Source: Lepidodermella squamata
Taxonomy: Eukaryota > Animalia > Gastrotricha
Assembly (NCBI GenBank): GCA_047495785.1
Contig: JBLDXI010000009.1
Span: forward strand, 4,774,001 to 4,838,000
Length of the DNA stretch: 64,000 nt
Reading direction: 5' to 3'
A model generated the notes under the pieces. It was given only the letters and a program-made list of their open reading frames with translations, made no database searches and was not told where the DNA came from. Made by a program: the position numbers and the translations under genes. Positions 24,296 to 36,201 of this stretch are shown here, piece by piece. Every line of letters starts with the position of its first letter. The stretch's first letter is position 1.

Positions 24296-24971
24296 TCAAT
24301 GACAAGTAAGGAGTAGCAACAGCAAGCATGGAACCCCGATTCGACTACTGCCGTTACGAACCGCTTCGGCTGAGAGTCGCCTTGTGTAGTTGAAGTCAAC
24401 TAGTGCCAAGGAAATAGCGTTGTTGCCTAACGATTGCCGCATATTCGCTACAGCTCGATTTGCCGCATTTCTAAGGTCACTTTCTGATAGCTCATTCTCA
24501 CCAGTTGAGGCGACAGCGGCCCCGAACGTCACTCTGAAGGTTCTCGACATTTGACTAGAAGTGTAAAATAATACATTTTAATAAGTTTTGCTGAGCGTTA
24601 TTTAGGGAAACTAACTCGTAAGTGAATTCATTCACCGTCACCGATTTGGCGCCAATCAAATTCCTCCCGAATTCGCCTGCCATGTATTGGCGGAAGTACA
24701 AGTTAGTTGATAGATCGCTGATTTCTGCTGGCGATGCCTGGCGGCCATTGGGATAGAATAATTGCTGAGGCAGTATAGTGAATGCTGGAAATTCCGCAAT
24801 CTAAGTAATTGCTAGCTTAGGGCGAAGATTCAAACCTATCTGCTGCGACGCTTCATCCGTTGAACTTGACTCGCCCATTTGACTAGAAACGGGTACGACA
24901 GCTAACAGAAGCGCTATAACCAAGACTTTCAATGCTTCTTCAGAGACCATAACTCTCCCTTGAAGGGACAT
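24296..24971 (-). CDS. Divergent short paralogue B3 (signal peptide + SEA-like + GPI-type tail; 3 exons)
   Basis: MSLQGRVMVSEEALKVLVIALLLAVVPVSS exon; phase-1 intron; AFTILPQQLFYPNG..SVTVNEFTYD exon; phase-2 intron; terminal exon 24296-24554 ending in CLLLLLLTCH. Confidence 0.8.
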
Positions 24972-25162
24972 TGCCTAATACAGAAACGAATTGATAATTC
25001 CATGAATAGGAGCAATAATTTCGGGCTATGGTTGAACATGCTGTAACTGATATTTCAAACAGTGTTTCTAAATCCTATGCTTTCGAATGCTTTCAGATTA
25101 AAAAGCTAGGAACTTAACATGGGGGATATGCTTTGAAGATACACTAAACATCAGCCTTTGGT

Positions 25163-25166
<4 letters not shown>

Positions 25167-25200
<34 letters not shown>
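25167..25200. repeat. (AT)17 microsatellite
   Basis: Perfect dinucleotide run. Confidence 0.95.
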
Positions 25201-25202
<2 letters not shown>

Positions 25203-26273
25203 TCAGCAAACAACGAGCTCTAATTCGATTGCATGCATATAGAAGATATCTTATGACTTTGAAACTGTTTCTGCTATGAATTGCATTAACCCAGCACTTA
25301 AGCTCTGAAGATTTCAACTTCTGGATAACAAAAACAGATTATACCTACCTGTTGTTTGCATAAAAAGCATTATAGCGGCGCACAATAGCAACTGCATTTT
25401 TTTCTTTATTGCTTAGCAGCTCACACCGCTGGTGTAAAAACCGCTGTTTACTCTCACTTTTATAAGACGGGGAAAACAAAAGACGGGGCTGTGAAATAGT
25501 CATGTGCATCGCCCCTCCCTTTCAGTTTCTGCTTACTGTCGCATGGTTTGGAATTCGGGAGTGTTACATTGCCCTCCTAGTTCCGCTTTCATTATTTCGC
25601 TTAACAATTGTTTGTGGCAGGCATCAGATATATTGAGCATTTGGTTTTGATCGTTTATTAACTACGAAAAGTACCAAGAAACGGTTATTTTATCCTGAAA
25701 TATTATTGAACTCTAAGATCGATGCAACCTCGTGAATCCGGCATGAGAATTTGTTATTTCTCCCATTCGTAGAGCTCAATAAGGTGTGTCGCATTTGATT
25801 CTAATTAACATTCATTGTCAAAGCTGAAACCACAAATCTTGAAACAGCCTTTTCGGCGGGCGCCTCACTACTAAGTAGGAGCCTCCTGGAGCTCAACTCA
25901 ACAAGTAAATCGCAAGTAAATTCATCTGTTTCCTTTAACCACTTCCATGTTCCACGTCCTATCATATACTTGGAGAAAATGGCAGCCCAGCGAAGTAAAA
26001 ACATCATGTTTTATTAGATAGAAGCTCGATTTTGATAATAAAATGAGAACAGGTTTTTACAAAATTTCCTAAAATTCACTCGAAAATCAACAGTATTGTC
26101 AGCTATAAATTCAGAAAGTAAACCGGCCGGGTAAATTGATATAAAATAATTTGATTGCAACACTCGTTTAACCGGGTCGAATGTTACCTCTTCACAAACC
26201 AAAAAAATCAGCAGGTTGAAGTAGAGGAAAAATTGATTCAGGGAAAAGACTTGACTAATGTTACAGTCATTTT

Positions 26274-28253
26274 TCAGTAAAGAAGAGTTTGAGCCCGAGC
26301 TGACACTGCGCTGCCTCGCGGCGAAGATCCAATCGGTGGCTTGCCATGACCAGCTGGTACAACATTTTCATTACCAACCCTACTCGTCTGAGAACCACCG
26401 TACGCTGACTTTGGTTGCGACTTGTTAGCAGCATCGGTTCCAGGGAGAGGGCTAACGACTACCTCCCTCGGTCTTTGGTAACCCTTCCCTTTCATACTGG
26501 CACTGACGATCCGTTCATTTTTCTGCTTCTCAACAATGTAGAGAGCGATGAAAACAGCAGCGATGATCATTACGATGAAGATGAGGATGATGAGTAGGAT
26601 ATCCCACCATGGAACTTGGTAAGAATCCTTACCACCATCCTTTGTTGTATCAGCTTTCGAAGTTGTGGATGAGCTGTCATCTCTTCTCGGACTTGCTAGT
26701 TGCTTCTGGGGGCTTATAACGACGTCAGAGTCATTCGAAGGCTTCGTAGAGCTGCTTGAATTGGTCGAGTCAACAGGCTTAGCTGAAGGGACTGACTTAA
26801 CAACAGCAGGACCTGAGTTCCCAGTCTGCCGACCTGGGGTGACTCCTGAACTTGAAGGGGTAATCTCACTGCCATCTTCGTCAGTATTCATCCCGCCAAA
26901 TACGAAAACAGGCGTTGTCTCAGCTTTCGGGTCAGTAACCTCGGTGTTAGAGCTAGGATCAGGATTATTGCTATTAGGATTGCTAGAATCCCGCCCGATA
27001 AGGTCTTTCGAGCACACGAATCTCAACTCAGTATCTCCGCCGTTCAGATCAAGCTCACACGGTCGACTCTTCCACCCAGCTGAGTTAGCCGACTTGACAA
27101 CCAGCTCAACGCAGATGAAATCGTCATCTCCATAACTTTTGTCGAGAGCTGTCGGAAGCCAACCGTTGAAATCTGGCTTGTTGTTAGCATTTGGAGGTTC
27201 TAAATCGCCAAAGATCCAGTCTTGATTAGTCGCACCGATCCAGAAACCGGTCCCCTCAAGACCTGGGTCGAGTAGCATCGCATTGACAACAGCTTGTCGC
27301 TCTATATTGCCCAAAGCCGCTAATCTTCCTTGCCTGGCCAAACAATACCTGTCCGCCTCATACCACGCCAAACTAACGTTGCCAAATAGGTAGAAGCAGA
27401 CTCCGTCATTGCAGGTCCTACGGGTGAAGCCACTTGGTAAGGTATTCCCGACGGAAAACTGACATAGGAATGGTAACTTGGACTTGCAACTCATGTCAAC
27501 CCATCGATTTTCAGCGCCATCAACCTGAAGCATTGCACAGTTACCGCCCTGTCTTGGGTAGCCCAACTTCCAGTTATCGTAGCCTGGGTCGATATTCGAG
27601 AAAACGTAACTAGCTGTAAAGCTTCCACAGATTTGGCTTGAATCTCCCGAGCACGGGTAGTTGCAGGCACTGGATGAAGTTGGCCAGATGAAGTCATTTG
27701 AACAGTGGCATAAGGTCCCGGCTGATAGGCTGAAGTATTGCTTCGAAGTTGCCTGGCAGAACTCTTGACACTTTTCGTATGTCATTTCGCGGTTGAAGAA
27801 GTTCGAAACGACGCCTTTCCCGGTATTCATCGGTGTTTTCTTGCAGCCATGGCCTCGTAACGGTTCCATATCAAAAGCCCACCTCCATGCTGCGTTGGAT
27901 CGCCTGAGGCCAACCATGGCACTTGTCCATTTTAGCTCAGACATCAAACGGGCGACATCAGCTAGTTCGTCAGGAGTGTAGATTGTACCGAGCTGGAACT
28001 TGCTGTTGTAGGCGCGGCAGTATGCGTCTGCATCTTCGTAGGAAAGGACAGGATAGCCGGTTCTTGAGCTTTTCACGCCGCTGAATAGTGTGAAGCAAGA
28101 GGTTGGGTTTGATCGGTAGGATTTCGCGTTTCTTTCGCTGAGCATTGCCGATGTGCATGATGTTTTCGGGCTGTTTTGAGATGAAACGGATTGAGCAATG
28201 ACGAGGACAAGAGCTATAGTGCCGAAAGGCACAGTTCTCATTCTTGATAACAT
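26274..28253 (-). CDS. Type I membrane protein: C-type lectin domain with inserted WSC domain + second C-type lectin domain + Ser/Thr stalk + TM + cytoplasmic tail (659 aa)
   Basis: Uninterrupted ORF. SYEDADAYC..VGL..WRW / NW..GYP..NCA..WVDMSC..PFLC; WSC pattern GC..MT.EKC..FC..YF.L..G..C.C..C..PC.G..CG; WYEADRYC..GRLA..FWIG; TM WWDILLIILIFIVMIIAAVFIALYIV. Confidence 0.9.
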   Translation of the reverse strand: MLSRMRTVPFGTIALVLVIAQSVSSQNSPKTSCTSAMLSERNAKSYRSNPTSCFTLFSGVKSSRTGYPVLSYEDADAYCRAYNSKFQLGTIYTPDELADVARLMSELKWTSAMVGLRRSNAAWRWAFDMEPLRGHGCKKTPMNTGKGVVSNFFNREMTYEKCQEFCQATSKQYFSLSAGTLCHCSNDFIWPTSSSACNYPCSGDSSQICGSFTASYVFSNIDPGYDNWKLGYPRQGGNCAMLQVDGAENRWVDMSCKSKLPFLCQFSVGNTLPSGFTRRTCNDGVCFYLFGNVSLAWYEADRYCLARQGRLAALGNIERQAVVNAMLLDPGLEGTGFWIGATNQDWIFGDLEPPNANNKPDFNGWLPTALDKSYGDDDFICVELVVKSANSAGWKSRPCELDLNGGDTELRFVCSKDLIGRDSSNPNSNNPDPSSNTEVTDPKAETTPVFVFGGMNTDEDGSEITPSSSGVTPGRQTGNSGPAVVKSVPSAKPVDSTNSSSSTKPSNDSDVVISPQKQLASPRRDDSSSTTSKADTTKDGGKDSYQVPWWDILLIILIFIVMIIAAVFIALYIVEKQKNERIVSASMKGKGYQRPREVVVSPLPGTDAANKSQPKSAYGGSQTSRVGNENVVPAGHGKPPIGSSPRGSAVSARAQTLLY

Positions 28254-29830
28254 CTATGAAGACATTATAATCAAAGGAGGAGTAATATGGACATATTTAA
28301 GTTACAGACGAATCACAACAAATTTTCTTGCGTGAGGCACTGGGACAATGAATTTGTAACATGAGCAATTCTAGAAATAGGAATAAATTCGGGAATAGGA
28401 AAAATAACTAAGGATTACTTACAGGCGAAAGGAATATTATCTAAGAAATCGGATAGTCCTACCAAAAACAATAAAACACTAAACAGGTGGAAATCCAAAT
28501 TCGATGATTCAAGACATTTTCTGAGTGCTGTATAATCTCACTTAAGGAATGTCAACGAGAGGGATGTGATCGCAGGTAAAGCCTTTTTGCGCATCTTAAT
28601 TTTCCTTAATTCAAACAATGGAGACCCGACAGGAACAGTCAGAAGGTACGAAATATAGTGGGAAGCCTGATGAGTAGCTGTTTCTTCAGATTAGGAATGG
28701 GAGGTGAGAAATAGTTGAATTCTGGCAAATTTGTATGAAAGCTTCACACTTTACATCGCATTAAGCAGACAAATTGTGCGAATTGTTATTTTCTTAGCTG
28801 ATGTAAAATAGTGTCTATTCAAGACCAAGCAAAGCTCAGTGCAAGTTGTCATGGCTGGGTCCAACCGCAGCATAGCCTGCCTAATGTGACATCAAAAGGT
28901 GATATCAGCTGGCTAAAATGCTAGCCTACGGTAATTGCTGGGAAACTGTTTTCACACAGTGCGTAAGAGGCAACGTTTTATTATGACAAAACCTGCGATG
29001 CTACGATGATGAGATCGATGCCCCATGGCGACCCGTTAGGGCGTTGTCGTTATGAGGCTGCTACGCACCACCGCTGCCACAACGCAAGCCCGTATCTCTC
29101 TTACACCGCGATCGATGTTCAGTGCGTTCGATTTTTTCCTTACAACTCAGTTCATAACTAAGGACAGAGCATGTCTGAGCCTAAGGCATAACTAATGGCA
29201 ATATATTAGCAATAAAGCAATAAAACTATAAGACAATGCGGGGAATAGCTGATTCATTCATATTGGATACATGCCCCTTGTTTATTGATTCATATGTGAT
29301 CCTATGTGATCACGTGGAAAATCGCGAAGTATCATATCAAAATAATCACTAATTTAGCGTATGATGTCTAAGCGATCCTAGAAAATTGGATTCATCAATA
29401 AAGCTTGTCTTAAAAGGAATTGCCCCAGCCTTTTTTGAAGGCACTTTTTAGTGAAAAATGTCTTTTAAAACAGCAAATGAAAAAAGCTTATAAAATTTGA
29501 AAATCTCCATCATTTTCCACCTTCGGCTGAAAAACGAACAGTACTTATACAAGAAATGTGGTGAAATAAGAAAAATATTTCAACTTCATATGACTGGGGA
29601 GCACCACAGGATAGGACTCGGATGATATATAGGAAATGTTTATGATATAAACATTTTTTAATTTTAAACTTTATAATCAGCTCTCATGCATCAAACCCTC
29701 AATACGCTATTAGCGAAAATCCTTTTTTATTTCAGCGTTAAATAGTTAGCTCAGCAGATCAAGTATTCGAAACCAGGCGAGATAAAGTAAAACGTATAAT
29801 TATATATGAAAAAATAATTATATCACGACA

Positions 29831-30993
29831 TTAAACGTTTTGCGATTGAATTTCTTCAACTCGGTTGTGATCGACCACCGGCTCGGGCGTGAAATGGCGA
29901 GAATTGCCGTGGCTCAGCCTGGCTCCACCAGCATAGCCCGACGATTTGTCCTCATGCGATCCAGCTGCAGACTGTCCAACACGGCTTAACATTTTCTTTC
30001 TGTACAAGTTAAAATAGCATGCATTATAGAAAGTTCAGTATAAGAAGGCTGTCGAGTTTGATTTGCCCTTATTCGGTTGCGTCTCAGCAACTTCACGGCT
30101 CATCTTCGAAAAGCGGGAACTGAATGCAAAAAGAGATGAAACAGAAATGACAAGAAGCAAAACTTAAGCATCAAAGTAACGGGGAATAAAGGTAAATAAG
30201 CTTACTCGGCCAATTTGATCAAAAACCCAGCGAGAGTTCCGAGTAGAATGAATCCAACAACTGCAGAAAAGAAAATGTAATTCTTCATTTCTCGATTGAG
30301 GTCATGTGACTTACCAGTTATGATCAGAATCGCGTACCACGGCAGCAAAAGGCCGTTGCTATATGTGCCATCTGAATTTGAAGATTTAACAGCGGCCATA
30401 GTAACATCCCATTTCGATGTTGCCGTTGTTGAAGCACTCCTAGATGTCGTAGTCGGCGGTGTAGTAGTGGTGGTTGTAGTCGTAGGCATCAGCACAGGCA
30501 TATCCTCACAACCCGTATACTCAAACGAGCCGATAACCTCTGTTACAGTGGTGTAAGTTCTGTTCACAGGCGGCGTCACATTCTTCGCCGAAATCGATGG
30601 ACTTATCCCTGTCACAATCGTTGTAATAATGTTCGTTGATATCGTAATCACAGTCGTATTCGAGGTTGTGTCAAACGTGGTTTTCGTCACTGTTGTAGAA
30701 GTCACTTGCTGGACGTTGCAGGTTGTTACATTACGCTCGGCTGATATTTTCGTCCCATTCGGGAACACATAGAAAGTTCCCTCGATTCTACAGATTTTCG
30801 TCACATTCACGCATGGTCGCGTTTTCACGGTTGTGGGTATTTGGGTTGTTGTGTTCACTGCGGTCGAGGATGTGTCTGCTGAAGTATTTTGGGGCGGCTC
30901 GTCGTAGAATATAGCTTCTGCCAAACCATAATCCGTATCGGCTTTCGCAAAAGCGGTGATCGCAGCAATCAAAATAAGTTTTGTAATAGCCAT
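29831..30993 (-). CDS. Thr-rich (mucin-like) type I membrane protein; last exon uncertain
   Basis: Signal peptide, Thr/Val-rich region with 4 Cys, TM split by a short intron (PWYAILIIT|VVGFILLGTLAGFLI). Phase-2 donor at 30205 is compatible with acceptors at 30120 and 30000. Confidence 0.75.
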
Positions 30994-32100
30994 AGCTTGC
31001 GGTTATTTTCCACTATAGGTAAGACAATCGTTTTTTATTAATGCTAGGGATGGTATAGAAATAGTGTGGCTATAAGGCAGTGGAGGCTAAGGGATGCCAT
31101 AAACATGGTACGCTGCTATGGCGCCAGGAATGACGGCATGTAGATGTGGGTGCCTTATATATGATAATGGCGGCATCACAAATTGTATCAGTCGATAGAA
31201 AGCTTTGTTTTGCGGCAACGAGATTCAGCTTATCAACTGAAAACACCTCATTATATAATATGTGGAGTTTCTCACCTCCGCAAATTATGCTTGATCCATT
31301 CATTTTTTAAGAAGAAATCACGTGTGATTTCTACGTAAAATATTGAAATAAGCTCTTTGAAATTAACCTTAATTGCTCCAATGAAATTTATCCCTCCGCA
31401 GAGGCCGCAATTGTACTACAATTCCTAATCGTTTCTTTCAGTTCGGTTTAATCCTGCGTTATCACTTGATAGGATTTGCGTGCGTGATCTTTAGGGAAAT
31501 GATCGATGCGATGGGCATCGATTTGTAGCGGATGTGCAGCGTCGCGATGGCGTTGCTAGGTAGCACATGGTTGCGCTGTGCGTCACAATCCCTTCACGAC
31601 GTTTCAGTTCATTATTTTCGAGGTTGAGTTGGTTGGATGGCATCGGGCCAGTGATTCCGCCCTTCCCGTCGATTAACATCTCAATTGGACGAGCTATAAA
31701 TCTACCAAAAGTGAGACCTGAAATATCTGCAAATAACACCACCAGAGACTTGAGGATAAAAATGAATCTGAAATATAAGTGGTCACGAGACGTTGATTCA
31801 CCGGAATTTTCTAATAATAGACTCATCCAATTAGTACTGCTAAACGGACCGATTTGTTCGTTCTCATTCCTCAGTATCGCAAAATCGGAATTGCAGAGGC
31901 AACATCTCCTTGGCAATTATTAGGTGAGATCTCACGGATGCCAGGTTCTACTTTTATTTCGCTTGGAACAACATACCACGGGCGATAAGCCGCTTTGTAA
32001 ACACAAAAATCTCAGTGTTTTAGAATTTAGCTATTGATACCGGATTTATACGTTCGGTTCACTTATAGGCATTTCTAGCTATTCCTTATTCAGCTATTCC

Positions 32101-32751
32101 TTAGCCTGATTCCGTGCTGTTGTTCGTTGCGTTGAAAGATGTGTTGTTAAAGCTGTCATTGACAAATTTGCAGTCGAAAAAGGACGCAGCTTTGTTGCCG
32201 GACTTCAACATTTTATTCATCGCCAGAAAATCATCCCCTCCAAGGTGCGATAGGAGAGCTTGGCCTAAATCTGCCCCGAAATTCGGAACGGATAGCGTCA
32301 ACGCATCTCTCACAGCTCGAGTTATGACAGCCCTGAATTCGTCAAGTTGGACCAGTTGTTCCGCCAAATCTTTCGCAGAACAGCCATTGATACCTCGCGA
32401 CAGGTCGACGACAGGCATCGAAGGCTTGGTTGAAGCCAATGATGGCAAAGCCTGAGGCATGTTGCTTGGCAGCCATGAAATTCCTGCGAAGTTAAATGTT
32501 GGCATAGCGGAGACGGGAGGTCCGGCCATCCATGTCCATGACGAACCGGACCAAGTCCAAGCGCCATTCAAAGGCGTGAAACCAGGAGCTGCGATTCCGG
32601 CGATTGGCCTTTCAACAGGTGGAGGTGCCGTGGGTGGGTTATTCCCAGCTTTGGCAGCAGTCCAGCTTGAGAAGCCTGACCACGATGTTGGGAAAAACTG
32701 GCCTGAACAAGGTTCAGAGCTCAGCAAGACAAGAAACAGTAGCGGCCTCAT
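32101..32751 (-). CDS. Secreted orphan protein with Trp/Ser/Gly/Pro-rich N-terminal half and 2-Cys C-terminal domain (216 aa)
   Basis: Clear signal peptide, single ORF, cluster of N-x-S/T sequons at the C-terminus. Confidence 0.75.
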   Translation of the reverse strand: MRPLLFLVLLSSEPCSGQFFPTSWSGFSSWTAAKAGNNPPTAPPPVERPIAGIAAPGFTPLNGAWTWSGSSWTWMAGPPVSAMPTFNFAGISWLPSNMPQALPSLASTKPSMPVVDLSRGINGCSAKDLAEQLVQLDEFRAVITRAVRDALTLSVPNFGADLGQALLSHLGGDDFLAMNKMLKSGNKAASFFDCKFVNDSFNNTSFNATNNSTESG

Positions 32752-33753
32752 TACTGGATTTTTTACGAGGAGTCAATTGCGCGGTTAAAATATTGGACAG
32801 TGGTCATTGACCCTCCATGAATGGGCTTAATGTCTTCTCAATGCATCCAAGGCGACTAAAGGAAGCTTTGTCTTGACGCGCCGAAATTCTCTTCGACCTT
32901 TGGATCTGAGGACTTCGCAAGTCTGAATCATCAATATAAGAAAGTTAATCGAGTCTTCAGAATTTGCAGTTATATGGGTCGATTGCAGAGCAATTAGACA
33001 ATTAATAGGTCATGACGCTTGCTGCGCTAAAATTCTCCAATAGTGTTAATTTGGAAATGAATTTTCAATCTTTTCAATAAGGATTAAATGCATCGAGCCC
33101 TTGCGCATTCATCTTTTGCACTAATTTGCGTGAAGAAAATTTTATTATTTTTTTCGCTTGGTTTGGAATATATCGAACTATGGAATATCGAATATAAAAT
33201 GTGATTTGATTCCACTCGAATTCTTATCATTTGTTTCCGACTTGTCCGAGTCATCACAATATTTTGCCGTTATTTGTGATTTTCACGCTGCACATAGCGC
33301 TTTTAGTGCTCTTTTCTTATTCGTGCCATGCACATAGGACTTATCCGACTTATTAAAAGATTCTGGAATCGAAATCAAATAAAATATAAAATCCGCGAAG
33401 GTGGAGATATGACTTTTGATCTCTTGCCAATTTTGAGATGCGATTTTCAGATTATTGACGACCAGCGTGAATAACTGGAGTAGAAACCTGTAAAGATCTC
33501 AATTTCGATTTTGGATGGATATAGGAGTTAAGTGGCACGCACCATTTATGTTTAATGCTCTCCAGGCAACAAAATCGCGTAGGCTCTCTCGCTGAGCTTA
33601 AGTCGCAATCAAGCCTCAATCTAAAGGCATTAGCATTCAAAGATAAAAGCAATATCGATCATACCGCGAGTCATTATATCCTGGTTTTCGCATGAAAGTA
33701 ACTGCTCGTTGTATTATTCGTATTTGAATTTCATCGATTCTGCAAGCTTAACA

Positions 33754-33993
33754 ATGGTTCAGGCGATTTATTTCTTGCTTTTTGCATTGCTGCTCTCGTC
33801 AACGGTTTCAGCGAATTGGTCGAAATTTCGCGGTTCAGGAGATCTGCTTGACGAGTCGGATAAGCCAAGCAAGCAGAGAGCTGTCGGGGCGAAAGATAAA
33901 ACTAACGGTGACTGGTACGAACAGTTTGTCAACAATCTTCGCCAATACCGCCAGCAATCGCGATCAAAGTTCACGGCTGATGCTCGAGTTTAA
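33754..33993 (+). CDS. Small secreted peptide precursor (79 aa)
   Basis: MVQAIYFLLFALLLSSTVSA signal peptide; AATAAA at ~34086. Confidence 0.7.
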   Translation: MVQAIYFLLFALLLSSTVSANWSKFRGSGDLLDESDKPSKQRAVGAKDKTNGDWYEQFVNNLRQYRQQSRSKFTADARV

Positions 33994-34343
33994 AATTCAC
34001 GGATTCATGCAGAGTACTCAGCTCGGACTTCTCAACTACTAATGATTATTTGATTTAACAATGTGTTTATTTTACTTTTTGAAAGAATAAACTGATAGAC
34101 GTTTAGGCTTCGTTGAATGTTCCGCATTCCTTACGTACATTCTCTAACTTTGTTTGTTACAATCACTTCCACAAATTCCTCTCAACGGAAGTCTTATCTT
34201 TGTCGCATACAAAGTTAATAGAGTTATGAGCTATTTATCTGTCCAGTAAAGCTGCCATTTTTTAGGAGATAAGGGCCGGCTTCTTGGAGTTTGAAGCGAT
34301 AAAAGACAAACGCGACATTGAACACTTTCTCAGAAACTGAAAT

Positions 34344-35126
34344 ATGGCAGATTTAGTTCCTGTGGTTTACTATGCAGCTATTTTAGCAATCTACAGCTAC
34401 ACCCTATATTATACAGTAGCTTACATTCCAACTCAAAGACTGATACCCGGCTTTGGCCGGCAAGTTGCTAAATTTTCGTATTTGACAAACTGGGATTTGG
34501 TTAGTTTGAAATAGGTCAAAAGAGTATTTTTGAACATTTGAACTCTGCTTTTCCTCAGGTGCTTCAAGTAATATATGCAGCCTTCGCTTTCACCGAATTT
34601 CTGAAAAAAGGAGTAAGAGCTCGTTACCCTAGTCCCTCTCGTAAATTCTTCGCCCGGTCTTTGGCTGGTCCGGTTGGCGCGTTCGTTACTGTAACCTTCT
34701 GGGCGCTATGGGCTGTTGATAGAGAACTAGTTATGCCTAGGGCTTGGTCTGGAATTCCAGACTGGTGGAACCATACGGCGCATACGTTACCCATGGTGAC
34801 AGCTTTCATTGATTTATACATTTCCCACCAAGTTTTCAACACGAAAAAATCGCGACGAAACGCTTTATTGGCAATGATCCTCTTCGGGCTAGTTTACTTG
34901 TCGTGGTTAGTATTTTTCGAAGTATTTTTAAATTGTTTTCATAATTCTTTTGTGGCACAGGATATTGTTTATAGGCTATCAGCGTGATTTTTGGGTCTAC
35001 CCAGTTCTCCAAGTTTTGGACACATCTGGCCGAGCTGGGTTCATCACAGGTTGCCTCGGACTGTTTACTTTGTGCTTCTACATCTGTGATTACGCTTCAA
35101 ACAAGTTGTGGGCAAACAGAGTTTGA
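34344..35126 (+). CDS. AIG1/ADTRP (FAR-17a) family membrane hydrolase, copy 1 (3 exons)
   Basis: KFSYLTNW, LAGPVGAFVTVTFWALWAVDRELVMP, WWNHTAHTLP and FWVYPVL motifs; two short GT-AG introns. Confidence 0.9.
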
Positions 35127-35219
35127 AAAACTCACCTCAACAGCTATTTGATTTTATGATTAAAATAAATAATAAAGAAACGCGGCTTAATGCTTAATCA
35201 TGCTGTTTTGTTTTTTAGA

Positions 35220-36015
35220 ATGGCAGATTTGTTCCCGACCTTATTTTATTCAGTTACCCTAATTTTGTACTCAATTTCACTTCTCTACACGCTGTTCGTA
35301 ATACCGATTCATCGACCCATCCCAAATTTTAGCCGTTTCCTCACGAAATTCTGTTTCCTAACTAACTGGGACAACGTAAGGAATTTTCCCCACTTTTTTA
35401 ATTTATTTATTATTTTTCTGGATTTAGGTAGTTCAAATCGTTTATGCAGCTTTATCGCTTCATGAATTCGTAACTTGCCCAACTACAGCCCGTTATCCCA
35501 ACACAAATCGCCGTTATGTTGCCAGAGCTCTAGCCGGACCAGTTGGAATGTTTGTCAGTTTCCTATTCTGGGGACTCTACGTCTATGATAGAGATATGGT
35601 GGTCCCAAAAACCTGGACAGACATCCCTCTGTGGTACAACCACTGTGTTCATACACTACCTCTTATCGGCGCTATTATGGACCGCATCCTTTGCGATCAA
35701 CGGTGTCATTCGAAGAGGAGCCGTCAGGAAGCTTTGATCACAATGCTCATTTTCGCACTAAGTTATCTTTGCTGGTAAGGCTTTGAAATTACTAGGAACC
35801 TTGATAAATTTTGCCGTTTTTTTAGGATGCTCTATCTTGGCCATTTTGTTGGTTTTTGGGTCTACCCGATTTTTCTAGTTCTCGGAATTTTCGGAAAGAT
35901 GTTCTTCATAGCAGCTTGTTTGCTGTTGTTTAGTCTCTGTTTTCATATCAATGATTGGATTTCTAATCAATGTTGGGGCGGTGATGTTAAATCGCCGGTA
36001 GCTTACTCTTTGTGA
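35220..36015 (+). CDS. AIG1/ADTRP family, copy 2 (3 exons)
   Basis: FLTNW, FWGLYVYDRDMVVP, WYNHCVHTLP, FWVYPIF; same intron positions as copy 1. Confidence 0.9.
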
Positions 36016-36201
36016 GATAATGATTTTTGAGACTGCTCATATTTATAATAAATCAGAGAAAACTATCTGCAATCTGCATGGGAACGGCTAATGCGTTTTA
36101 TTAATTGATAACGAGGTCATCAATGTGAAAAGCAGTTTCTAGAGTTGATAAGGAAGAGAACCGAGTGGTCAAAACTGTCATACTTCAGATTCATCAGAGA
36201 A

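Noticed and set aside
31491-31923. Overlapping 141-aa and 118-aa ORFs on opposite strands
   Set aside because: No recognisable motif, signal peptide, paralogue or splice support.
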